Source of the DNA: a virus
Lineage: Duplodnaviria > Caudoviricetes
Virus record (IMG/VR): IMGVR_UViG_3300044453_000030
Coordinates: 1-34,993 of that record
Reading direction: 5' to 3' (one strand)
DNA length: 34,993 nt
A program made the translations under genes and the position numbers. The notes below the pieces were generated by a model, which made no database searches, was not told the DNA's origin, and saw only the letters and a program-made list of their open reading frames with translations. Positions 1-7,764 of the stretch are shown piece by piece (the first letter of the stretch is position 1; each line of letters opens with the position of its first letter).

Positions 1-21
1 CCCTCTTAGGAGACACCCCCC

Positions 22-225
22 ATGTTTGAAATTCCACCCCTCTTTGTTTTTGCCGCCATCATGGTTGCGATCTACCTCCTCTCCCTGCTACAATCCTCCG
101 CGGATATTGCCAGCCTGCGGGAGCAGTTGTCAGCCGAACGTGAGGCACATCAACGGACCTACGCTCGGATGATAAAGGCCGAGTGGGTCCAAGGCAAATC
201 CCCAAAATCTCAGGCCCGGACTTGA
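22..225 (+). CDS. small membrane-anchored hypothetical protein
   Basis: AGGAG RBS at 8-12; N-terminal hydrophobic helix followed by a coiled-coil-like segment. Confidence 0.7.
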   Translation: MFEIPPLFVFAAIMVAIYLLSLLQSSADIASLREQLSAEREAHQRTYARMIKAEWVQGKSPKSQART

Positions 226-250
226 CACCCCTTTGGGGGGAGGCTATACT
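222..250 (+). promoter_or_regulatory. sigma-70-type early promoter
   Basis: TTGACA (222-227), 17-nt spacer, TATACT (245-250). Confidence 0.85.
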
Positions 251-305
251 GGCCATATACCCCCCGTCAAAAAATAGGCACCCCCCTTTTTTCAGGAGCA
301 GATCG

Positions 306-488
306 ATGGACGTTAAAGCAACAACACTGACCATGACCAAGGAAGTCCGCAAGGCAATCACCATCATTGAGGCCGGGACCCCTGAGCATGGCTGTTCATG
401 GGGGGCACTGCAACGGTATCTACTCGCATGCCAGACAGTAGCTGGTGAGGCGATCAGAAACCTCGACCGATATAATTCTGAGATTTAA
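306..488 (+). CDS. hypothetical protein (60 aa; start revised from 183)
   Basis: AGGAG upstream of ATG 306, downstream of the promoter; MDVKATTLTM... Confidence 0.65.
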   Translation: MDVKATTLTMTKEVRKAITIIEAGTPEHGCSWGALQRYLLACQTVAGEAIRNLDRYNSEI

Positions 489-490
489 TG

Positions 491-518
491 TTGACAGCCG
501 AGAAGACCCCAGTACATT
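491..518 (+). promoter_or_regulatory. sigma-70-type early promoter
   Basis: TTGACA (491-496), 16-nt spacer, TACATT (513-518), in an intergenic gap. Confidence 0.7.
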
Positions 519-556
519 GCGAATAACAAAACACAACAACCCACAGAGGAATCACA

Positions 557-919
557 ATGATAGTTGACACAGATGACACGCACATCGCGATCCTGCCTGA
601 GACAGAAAACGACGGCCTCCCATCATTCGCAGCATGGTTTAACGATAAGACAGGCCGAGCAGAGATCACGACAGACAAGGGGACGTTCATTCACCCCTGC
701 CATAACTTCACCGCCCTCCTGCGGCACGTCCAACAGTGCGAGCACTGCACTGAGATGTTCCTCACCCTCAATGGGGAGGACCAGCTGATATGGTCGCTTG
801 ACTGTGGCTACGAGATCTGCCACAGTGTTGTGGATTTCGGCCGCCTGTTCCGGTTGATACTGGATGAGCTCGGTGAAATAGACCTCGACAGTTTTCTAGG
901 AGATGATGATGCCGAATAA
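557..919 (+). CDS. hypothetical acidic protein, possibly metal-binding
   Basis: GAGGA RBS; HPCH and HVQQCEHC clusters; overlaps the next gene. Confidence 0.75.
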   Translation: MIVDTDDTHIAILPETENDGLPSFAAWFNDKTGRAEITTDKGTFIHPCHNFTALLRHVQQCEHCTEMFLTLNGEDQLIWSLDCGYEICHSVVDFGRLFRLILDELGEIDLDSFLGDDDAE

Positions 920-2018
920 ACACCTACGTTTCGGACCAAGCTCCAGCCACCGATGGCTGAAGTGTCTGTCCTCCCTAGTGGAGACAGAAGATGATGGATC
1001 GAGTAGCTCGGATGCAGCCAAGGAAGGCACCTGTGCCCACGCAGTATGTGAGAACCACTTTAATGACCGCAGCAATCTGGACGCTACCCTCGGAACGGAA
1101 GTTGAGGGGGTCACTGTGACACAGGAGATGATTGACGGAGCTCGGGAATACTACGCTGCAATTGACCAACTCTTGGATGAGTTCGCTGACCGCAGCCCGT
1201 ACGCTGAGCTTGAACAGTACATCGTGTCAGACTTTAATCCGGAGTTCGGCGGAACGATTGACTGTGTCATCAGGGGTGACAACCTGGCAATTGTGGTGGA
1301 CTACAAGTTTGGTCGGAACCCCGTGGCTGCGAGAGGGAACACGCAGTTGCTAAGCTACCTGACTGTTGCCAGTAATCCCGGTGACACATTGGTAGGGGTA
1401 ATCGTCCAGCCAAGATGGAACTGCCCGGAAGGGACTGTCCGGCGGTGGGACGTGACGACTGAGGACCTGAAGGATTTCAGGGACAGGGTTGTTGACGCGA
1501 CGGAACGCTACGAGCGTGGGGAACTGAACGTAGAGGCAGGAAGCCACTGCCAGTTCTGCCGCCACGCAGGGAACTGCCGTGCTCAGGCTAGTGCAGCCAT
1601 GAGAGCGGCTCAGGCAGACTACAACAAACTGACGGATGCAGAAGTAGCGGAGCTACTCGATCTGAAGAAAGTTGTAACTGCCTTCTACCGTGAGCTTGAA
1701 GGGAAACTAGAGCAGCGGTACACTGACACTGGGGATCTGGATATCCCCGGTTACAAAGTTGTTGAATCCTACGGTCGTCGACGGTGGTACGATGAGCAGG
1801 AAGCTCTGGACACACTGAAGCAGGCCGGGTTTGATGAGTCCGAATTACTTGGAGAGAGGAGGTTGCTTTCACCCGCTAAACTAACCAAGATCGTCGGAGA
1901 TGCGAACGTGTCTTTCCTGTCCGGCGTCGAAGTAACAGGCACAAAGGTAGTACCAAACCGAGACAAGCGTCCCGGTATCAATCCCACATCAGTTAAGAAA
2001 GACTATGACCATGAGTAA
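909..2018 (+). CDS. DUF2800-family PD-(D/E)XK (Cas4-like) exonuclease
   Basis: N-terminal HLRFGPSSSHRWLKC, EGTCAH, GTIDC..VVDYKFG, C-terminal HCQFCRHAGNC (Fe-S-type Cys set); usual position before DUF2815 and PolA; AGGAG spacing favours ATG 909. Confidence 0.9.
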   Translation: MPNKHLRFGPSSSHRWLKCLSSLVETEDDGSSSSDAAKEGTCAHAVCENHFNDRSNLDATLGTEVEGVTVTQEMIDGAREYYAAIDQLLDEFADRSPYAELEQYIVSDFNPEFGGTIDCVIRGDNLAIVVDYKFGRNPVAARGNTQLLSYLTVASNPGDTLVGVIVQPRWNCPEGTVRRWDVTTEDLKDFRDRVVDATERYERGELNVEAGSHCQFCRHAGNCRAQASAAMRAAQADYNKLTDAEVAELLDLKKVVTAFYRELEGKLEQRYTDTGDLDIPGYKVVESYGRRRWYDEQEALDTLKQAGFDESELLGERRLLSPAKLTKIVGDANVSFLSGVEVTGTKVVPNRDKRPGINPTSVKKDYDHE

Positions 2019-2544
2019 TCGCGTAATCACACCAGAAGCCACACTGTCATACCCCAACCTGTTCGAAGCACGTGCTGGAATGGATGGACAGGACCCAAAG
2101 TTTAGCACGGAGCTCATCTTTGCCGGAGGTACTGACCTTGGCGAGCTCAAGACAGCAGCACAGGCTGTGGCAAAAGCAAAGTGGGGCGAGAACGTCCCTA
2201 AGAATATCCGTTCGCCTTTTCGTGATGGTGACGTAGACCGCGAAGGCAAACCGGAGTACGAAGGTTCGACCTTCATTTCGGCGAAGTCGAAGCAGCGTCC
2301 CGTCATCCTGTATGGACCAGACCGACGACAGGCTGAGCCTGAAGAAGTCTATCCGGGTTGTGTAGCACGGGTGTCCGTCACTCCATTCGCCTACGATGTC
2401 AATGGCAACAAAGGCGTCAGCTTCTTCCTCAACAATGTTTGGGTGTTGCGTGGTGGTGAGATGATCGGTGGCCGCGGTGGCGACGACTTCGCTTCAATCG
2501 AAGTGGATGCGTCTGCGTTCGGCGAAGAAGTGGCACCGTTCTAA
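2005..2544 (+). CDS. DUF2815-family single-stranded DNA-binding protein (T7 gp2.5-like)
   Basis: LSYPNLFEA, PFRDGD, VYPGC, YDVNGNKGVSFFLNNV motifs; acidic tail ending in Phe. Confidence 0.9.
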   Translation: MTMSNRVITPEATLSYPNLFEARAGMDGQDPKFSTELIFAGGTDLGELKTAAQAVAKAKWGENVPKNIRSPFRDGDVDREGKPEYEGSTFISAKSKQRPVILYGPDRRQAEPEEVYPGCVARVSVTPFAYDVNGNKGVSFFLNNVWVLRGGEMIGGRGGDDFASIEVDASAFGEEVAPF

Positions 2545-2771
2545 TGACGGTGACACGAATGGTGATCACGGGGGCGGTTATCGCCCTCGGGATCTACGAT
2601 CTGATCGCTGTGATGTGGGGCGGCATCGGGGATAGCATAAGCTACCAGATGCAGCTTGCCGGTAATACCAGCCCCGTGGTCGTGTTTGTCCTCGGGTACA
2701 TCGCCGGTCACATATTTGGTTTCTTTCCGCCACGATGTCCGTCGTGCGGAGAGGTATACGGAAGGAAGTAA
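2544..2771 (+). CDS. small two-TM membrane protein with C-terminal CxxC
   Basis: TAATG coupling to SSB; two hydrophobic helices; CPSC. Confidence 0.8.
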   Translation: MTVTRMVITGAVIALGIYDLIAVMWGGIGDSISYQMQLAGNTSPVVVFVLGYIAGHIFGFFPPRCPSCGEVYGRK

Positions 2772-2773
2772 CG

Positions 2774-4969
2774 ATGCTGTGCATAGACTTTGAAACCCGC
2801 AGCGAATGCAAACTGGGGTCCAGTGGAACGAACGCTGACTGTTACAGCCGCCACCCCTCGACAGAGGTACTGTGTATGGCTGGGACATTCAACGGCACGA
2901 AGACATTCTGCTGGTCCCCCGGCGAAGATCTGCCGCAGGATGTGGTTGATTACATTCGTGAAGGTGGAGCAGTCCACGCACACAACGCATCGTTTGAAAT
3001 CGCCATCTGGACCAACATCTGCATAGAGAGGTACGGTTTTCCGTGCGTGGATCTGGAACAGTGGCATTGCACGGCTGCACTGGCGGCGAGTTATGGACTA
3101 CCTCGCAGCCTCGACGGAGCATCGAAAGCATTGGGGCTCGCTACGGAGAAGGACTCTGCCGGGCGAGCCCTGATGCTCAAGATGTGCAAACCTCGCCGGG
3201 TGCATGAGGCAACCAGCGACGGTCTGTTTCCGACGGAACGGCGTGTCGAATGGATCGATGACGAAGAGAGTATGGATCGGCTCAAGGCATACTGTCGGCA
3301 GGACGTCGTTGTTGAGTATGCTATCCACCACGCCCTTCCTCCGATGGATCCGGGGGAACGGGCTATCTGGGTTGCGAACGAACGCATCAACCTGCGGGGC
3401 GTGCCAGTAGCAGTGGCGGACGTTGAGTCTGCCGAAGAGGTTATCGATGCAGCCAAGGAGATTGCCAACGAACGTCTGCGGACGATCACGGACGGAGAGG
3501 TACAGACCGTCAACCAAGTGTCTGCCAATCTCCAGTGGCTACAGGGGAGGGGTCTAAAAATTGAGACCCTCCGTAAAGATGCGGTAGTAGAGGCTCTGGC
3601 TGGTGACATGGACGCAGAGTCAAGAGAGGTACTGGAGCTACGCCAGAACTACGCTCTGTCTTCACTGGGCAAGCTGGCCCGGTTCAGGTCGTGGGCCAAT
3701 GATGAGGGCCGTGCGTGCGGATGTACGGCGTACTACGGAGCAACAGCAACAGGACGCTTCGCCGGTCGCGGCATTCAGACGCAAAACATTCCCCGTGGTA
3801 GCCTGACGGATGATCAGATTAATGCAACGCGAGAGAGCCTATCTCTGTCTGGTCCAATGGAACGGGCGGAGTCAATCAAAGAGATCTCCGCGAACATCCC
3901 TGAGGCTATCTCCAGTTGCCTGCGAAGCTTCATTGAGGCACCAGAGGGTCGTGAGTTCCTGATCGTGGACTACGCATCCATCGAGGCCCGCGTACTGGCT
4001 TGGTTGGCTGGGGAGCAGCGAGTGATTGACCTATACACAGAGGGTGATGCAGTCGGCGAGTCGGGGATTGTGTATGAGGACATGGCTTCTCAAATCTACA
4101 ACCTCGAACGTTCGGAATGTACCAAGGCCACCAAGGCAGGTGCGGAGCGTCGACAGATGGGCAAGATGGCCGTCCTCGGATGCGGCTACAGCATGGGCTG
4201 GCGTGCGTTCCGCGATCAGTTGAAGGTCCAGGGTACGGTCATCTCTGCGAGAGAGTCCAAGCGGATCATCAAGGCGTACCGGGATGTTAACCCGAACGTA
4301 CGTCAGTTGTGGTCTGATGCTAACCAGGCGTGCGTTAACGCCGTGAAGAATCCGGGCAACTGGTATGAGATCGGAGACCACGTCAAGGCTGCCGTAGAGG
4401 GTGACTACCTGAAGCTGATGCTGCCGTCTACGCGATGCCTCCACTACCGGTCACCGCAGATCGAACAGGTTGTTGCCCCGTGGACAATTGGGTACATCGC
4501 TCAACTGGATGTCCAGAGTGAAGAGGCGGTAGAGTGGCTGGAAGAGGCTGGCTGTGTCGCACAAGACAATGGCTGGTTCATCCCGAAGCGAGACCTAAAG
4601 AAGGTAACACGTCGATTCCCCAACCCAGAGATGCACCCTTGTGAAGAACAGATCGTTGATCAGGTTACCTTCATGGGTGTAGGACTCAACAACAGCTGGG
4701 GGACCAAGAGGCTTTACGGCGGGCTGATTGTCGAGAACATCACGCAGGCTACTGCCCGCGATCTGCTCTGCGATGCACTGTTGAAGTGCGAGGAAGCAGG
4801 CTACGAAACCATCCTCCACGTTCACGACGAAATTGTAGTTGAACGGGATAAGGATGACTGGGTTCGAGACCTCGACGGCCTTGAACAGATTATGAAGACT
4901 ACTCCTTGGTGGGCCGCTGGCTGTCCAATCGAGGTTGAAGGGTTCGCCAGCAAGAGGTACAAGAAATGA
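2774..4969 (+). CDS. polA: phage DNA polymerase, family A (start revised from 2735)
   Basis: Exo I IDFETRS, Exo II AHNASFE, Exo III YCRQDV; motif A DYASIEAR, motif B RQMGKMAVLGCGY, motif C HVHDEIV. Confidence 0.95.
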   Translation: MLCIDFETRSECKLGSSGTNADCYSRHPSTEVLCMAGTFNGTKTFCWSPGEDLPQDVVDYIREGGAVHAHNASFEIAIWTNICIERYGFPCVDLEQWHCTAALAASYGLPRSLDGASKALGLATEKDSAGRALMLKMCKPRRVHEATSDGLFPTERRVEWIDDEESMDRLKAYCRQDVVVEYAIHHALPPMDPGERAIWVANERINLRGVPVAVADVESAEEVIDAAKEIANERLRTITDGEVQTVNQVSANLQWLQGRGLKIETLRKDAVVEALAGDMDAESREVLELRQNYALSSLGKLARFRSWANDEGRACGCTAYYGATATGRFAGRGIQTQNIPRGSLTDDQINATRESLSLSGPMERAESIKEISANIPEAISSCLRSFIEAPEGREFLIVDYASIEARVLAWLAGEQRVIDLYTEGDAVGESGIVYEDMASQIYNLERSECTKATKAGAERRQMGKMAVLGCGYSMGWRAFRDQLKVQGTVISARESKRIIKAYRDVNPNVRQLWSDANQACVNAVKNPGNWYEIGDHVKAAVEGDYLKLMLPSTRCLHYRSPQIEQVVAPWTIGYIAQLDVQSEEAVEWLEEAGCVAQDNGWFIPKRDLKKVTRRFPNPEMHPCEEQIVDQVTFMGVGLNNSWGTKRLYGGLIVENITQATARDLLCDALLKCEEAGYETILHVHDEIVVERDKDDWVRDLDGLEQIMKTTPWWAAGCPIEVEGFASKRYKK

Positions 4970-5253
4970 CGACTGAGGCTGCCATTGAAAAAGCATTTTG
5001 TGCGTGGGCTGATCGCGTTGGGGCTGAGTGTTATAAACTGCGAGTTGATGGGGTTAACGGGTTTCCGGATCGAACGTTCATTTGGAATGGCGTCGTGATC
5101 TTCATCGAGTTCAAACGCTACGACGGAACACTCCGCCCGATGCAAGAGGAGTTCATTGAAGCCCTTGCTGCCCAGAACATGAACGTCATCGTATCCGACT
5201 GCGTTCAAGAAGTAATCGAATTCTGCCTTGAGGTGTGCGGCGATGAATGCTGA
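4966..5253 (+). CDS. VRR-NUC domain nuclease
   Basis: EAAIE..GFPDR..FIEFKR..GTLRPMQ; ATGA-coupled to polA. Confidence 0.9.
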   Translation: MTTEAAIEKAFCAWADRVGAECYKLRVDGVNGFPDRTFIWNGVVIFIEFKRYDGTLRPMQEEFIEALAAQNMNVIVSDCVQEVIEFCLEVCGDEC

Positions 5254-5341
5254 TGCAAACACCGCACTGCATGGCATTCTGATTGTCATGGTCATCATCT
5301 TTTACGCCGCTTTTATGATTACACACTGGGACGAACTATGA
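5243..5341 (+). CDS. 32-aa single-TM peptide (absent from ORF track)
   Basis: MNADANTALHGILIVMVIIFYAAFMITHWDEL; GAGGTG RBS; fills the gap and ends in an ATGA overlap with the next gene. Confidence 0.7.
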   Translation: MNADANTALHGILIVMVIIFYAAFMITHWDEL

Positions 5342-5610
5342 GGAACAGAACACTCAAAGGCCAGACGGGGGTCAAACGGATCCACGTGAACCAACACAAC
5401 ATCCGGGCCAACGCCAAGGGAGAGGACAGGCCGGTACTGACCTGTAAGACAGGATCGGGTAATCACTACGGACATCAGGTTGAGATCCACGGCCCCTCTC
5501 TGGTTGTCTACCCAGAGAAGCCCCTCAGTTGTGGGGCGAGGGTCTGGATCGAGACACTTGCGGAAGTAACCATCTACGACAACGACGGCAATTTTAAGGA
5601 TGTAAAATAA
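5338..5610 (+). CDS. conserved phage hypothetical protein
   Basis: IHVNQH..PVLTCK..GPS.VVY.EKPLSCGARVWIET motif recalled from many phage hypothetical proteins. Confidence 0.8.
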   Translation: MRNRTLKGQTGVKRIHVNQHNIRANAKGEDRPVLTCKTGSGNHYGHQVEIHGPSLVVYPEKPLSCGARVWIETLAEVTIYDNDGNFKDVK

Positions 5611-5822
5611 TGGACCCCGAAACTGTATGGATTCTCGAACGGAACACGTGGGACCGAGTGGCCCAACACCACTTCGCTGCCGCAAACCTGTGGTTCGATG
5701 CCCGCCACTCAGGCGTAAAGACCCACTTTGAGGCTTGGATGAGGTTCTGCATTCACTGGCGAAAGTACAAGGAAGCGGTACATCTTCGAGAACTGGCCTC
5801 CGAGGAATTGAAGCATGGCTAG
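5610..5822 (+). CDS. hypothetical protein
   Basis: TAATG coupling upstream, overlap downstream; Trp-rich. Confidence 0.7.
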   Translation: MDPETVWILERNTWDRVAQHHFAAANLWFDARHSGVKTHFEAWMRFCIHWRKYKEAVHLRELASEELKHG

Positions 5823-6312
5823 ACCGAGGAAGTGGACACAGGAGAAGTGTCAAGATCAGGCCAACCGCTTCCGCGGACGACATGACTGGTCCCGCGGGCA
5901 TCGGGCCAGCTACTCTGCCGCCCAGCGGTATGGGTGGCTGGACGAATGCTGTTCCCATATGGATGCGGGGTACCGTTCGTCTGACAATGATGCTGTCTAC
6001 CTGTACGTGTTCCACTATGGGGGCCAGATCATCCATAAGGTTGGTCTCACCTCCATCCGCCGGAACACCGGACGCATTGAAGAGACTATGAGGAAGGCTG
6101 GCTGTACCGCGTATGACGTCCTGTTCTGGGAAGTCGAGGATGCCCGTGACGTCGAACGAAAGATGCTTGACGTAGGAACCCCCCAGACGATATACTCCGG
6201 TGAGGGGTCAACCGAGATGCGAATCCTAACCCCCTCTGAGCGTCTCCGGATCTTACGGATTGCCGGAGCGGCCTGTATTAGCGAACCCGTTTTTATTGAG
6301 AGAGTGCCCTAA
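5815..6312 (+). CDS. putative GIY-YIG/T5orf172-like endonuclease with N-terminal DNA-binding repeat unit
   Basis: KWTQEKC..A.RYGWLDECCSHM unit, then VYLY..HKVGLT..R..ARDVE..GEGSTE. Confidence 0.6.
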   Translation: MARPRKWTQEKCQDQANRFRGRHDWSRGHRASYSAAQRYGWLDECCSHMDAGYRSSDNDAVYLYVFHYGGQIIHKVGLTSIRRNTGRIEETMRKAGCTAYDVLFWEVEDARDVERKMLDVGTPQTIYSGEGSTEMRILTPSERLRILRIAGAACISEPVFIERVP

Positions 6313-7658
6313 TGGAGTTTCATCCACATCCCTACCAGCGAGAAGCCATTGAGTTTCTCGCCGACAAACAACAGGCGGCCTTGCTGCTCGACCCGGGAGC
6401 CGGGAAAACAGCGATCAGTCTGCAACACATCCACGACCACCAGTATAAGACGCTGGTGGTCGCTCCGTTGCGTGTTATCTATGGCGTCTGGCGTCAGGAG
6501 GCAGCGAAGTGGGACCAGTTCAATGGGCTGACGTTCAGCTTAGTCCACGGATCCCCGAAAGCCAGAATGGCCGCGTTGCAGGAGGACGCAGACGTTCACC
6601 TAATCAACCCTGAGGCTCTACCGTGGTTGCTGGAGCAGGATCTCCCGGAGTGGGACTGTTTGGTCGTTGATGAGTCCACCAAGTTCAAGAACTGGGGAGC
6701 GAAACGAACGAAGGCCATCCGTAAACTGGTCCCGAAGTTCTCAAGCCGGGTCATCCTGACGGGCACCCCCACCCCCAACACGATTGCAGACCTCTTCCCG
6801 CAGATGTTCATTGCCGACGGCGGCGAGACACTCGGCAAGGCCATCACTCGCTTCCGAATGAAGTACTTCGTTCGCGGTGGATTCAAGGGGTATCAGTGGA
6901 TCCTCCGAGGCGGAGCAACCGAGCAGATCGAAAAGGCCGTTGCACCGAGGACGTACCGCATCGACATGAGCGACCACCTCGACCTGCCGGAACTGCTAAC
7001 CAATGATATCTGGGTGGATATGCCAGACAAGATCCGCAGCCAGTACCGGAAGCTCGAACAAAAGATGCTTTTAGAGCTCCCAGACTCCCGACTGGTTGCG
7101 TCGAACGCAGGTGCGAAGTACCTGATGTGCCGACAGATGGCCAATGGATTCGTCTACAACAAGGACAAGAGCTTTGAAGATCTCCACAGCATCAAGCTGG
7201 AGGTTGTAGAGAGCCTGATTGAGGAACTACAGGGAAAGCCTGTCATCGTGGCGTACCAGTTTGACGCTGATTACGTTCGTCTGTGTGCCCATCTGAAGCG
7301 GAAGATTCACCGGATCTGTGGCAAGACCTCAGGCACGGAGACAGACAAGCTGTGCCGGATGTGGAACGAGGGCCGCGTTGATGTTCTGGCTGTTCAGCCG
7401 CAGGCTCTGAGCCACGGCCTGAACATGCAGGGAGCAGGCAATGACATCATCTGGCTGGGGCTGACAGACAGTCTGGAGACCTATCTCCAGTTGAACGCGA
7501 GGCTCCACCGACAGGGTATTCAAGGATCTGTCAGGATTCACCGGATTCTTTTGGAAAAAACTGTTGACACACTGTGCCATCGTCGATTAGAATCTAAGGA
7601 CGGGACGCAAAAGTCACTTCTGAACTCACTCAAGGAATATCGCGATGCAGGCATCTAA
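6312..7658 (+). CDS. SNF2-family DEAD/H-box helicase
   Basis: PHPYQ, DPGAGKT, VVAPLRV, VVDEST, LTGTPTPN, HGLNMQ, QLNARLHRQG. Confidence 0.93.
   Translation: MEFHPHPYQREAIEFLADKQQAALLLDPGAGKTAISLQHIHDHQYKTLVVAPLRVIYGVWRQEAAKWDQFNGLTFSLVHGSPKARMAALQEDADVHLINPEALPWLLEQDLPEWDCLVVDESTKFKNWGAKRTKAIRKLVPKFSSRVILTGTPTPNTIADLFPQMFIADGGETLGKAITRFRMKYFVRGGFKGYQWILRGGATEQIEKAVAPRTYRIDMSDHLDLPELLTNDIWVDMPDKIRSQYRKLEQKMLLELPDSRLVASNAGAKYLMCRQMANGFVYNKDKSFEDLHSIKLEVVESLIEELQGKPVIVAYQFDADYVRLCAHLKRKIHRICGKTSGTETDKLCRMWNEGRVDVLAVQPQALSHGLNMQGAGNDIIWLGLTDSLETYLQLNARLHRQGIQGSVRIHRILLEKTVDTLCHRRLESKDGTQKSLLNSLKEYRDAGI
7564..7593 (+). promoter_or_regulatory. internal sigma-70-type promoter for the primase gene
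   Basis: TTGACA (7564-7569), 18 nt, TAGAAT (7588-7593), with an A-tract upstream; inside the helicase 3' end. Confidence 0.6.
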
Positions 7659-7720
7659 AATGCGGTGAAGGTTGCCATCGTCCGTGACCGATCGTAACGC
7701 AGGCAATAGTCCCATCCAAC

Positions 7721-7740
7721 GAGCCCCCATGTGGGGGCTC
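7721..7740. repeat. perfect inverted repeat in the primase leader
   Basis: GAGCCCCCA-TG-TGGGGGCTC; no U-tract follows. Confidence 0.85.
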
Positions 7741-7764
7741 CACCCATTTACCAAAGGAAAGAAC

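Noticed and set aside
909-2018. Cas4-like nuclease as a sign of a CRISPR system
   Set aside because: No repeat-spacer array or other cas genes; it is the standard DUF2800 replication-module nuclease
4484-4657. Possible intein or intron in polA
   Set aside because: No C-terminal His-Asn, too short, and the frame is uninterrupted
5302-6036. 244-aa antisense ORF (also 8011-8655, 21816-22517, 24023-24760)
   Set aside because: Shadow ORFs opposite well-supported genes, with no motifs or RBS
7721-7740. Hairpin as an intrinsic terminator
   Set aside because: No U-tract on either strand
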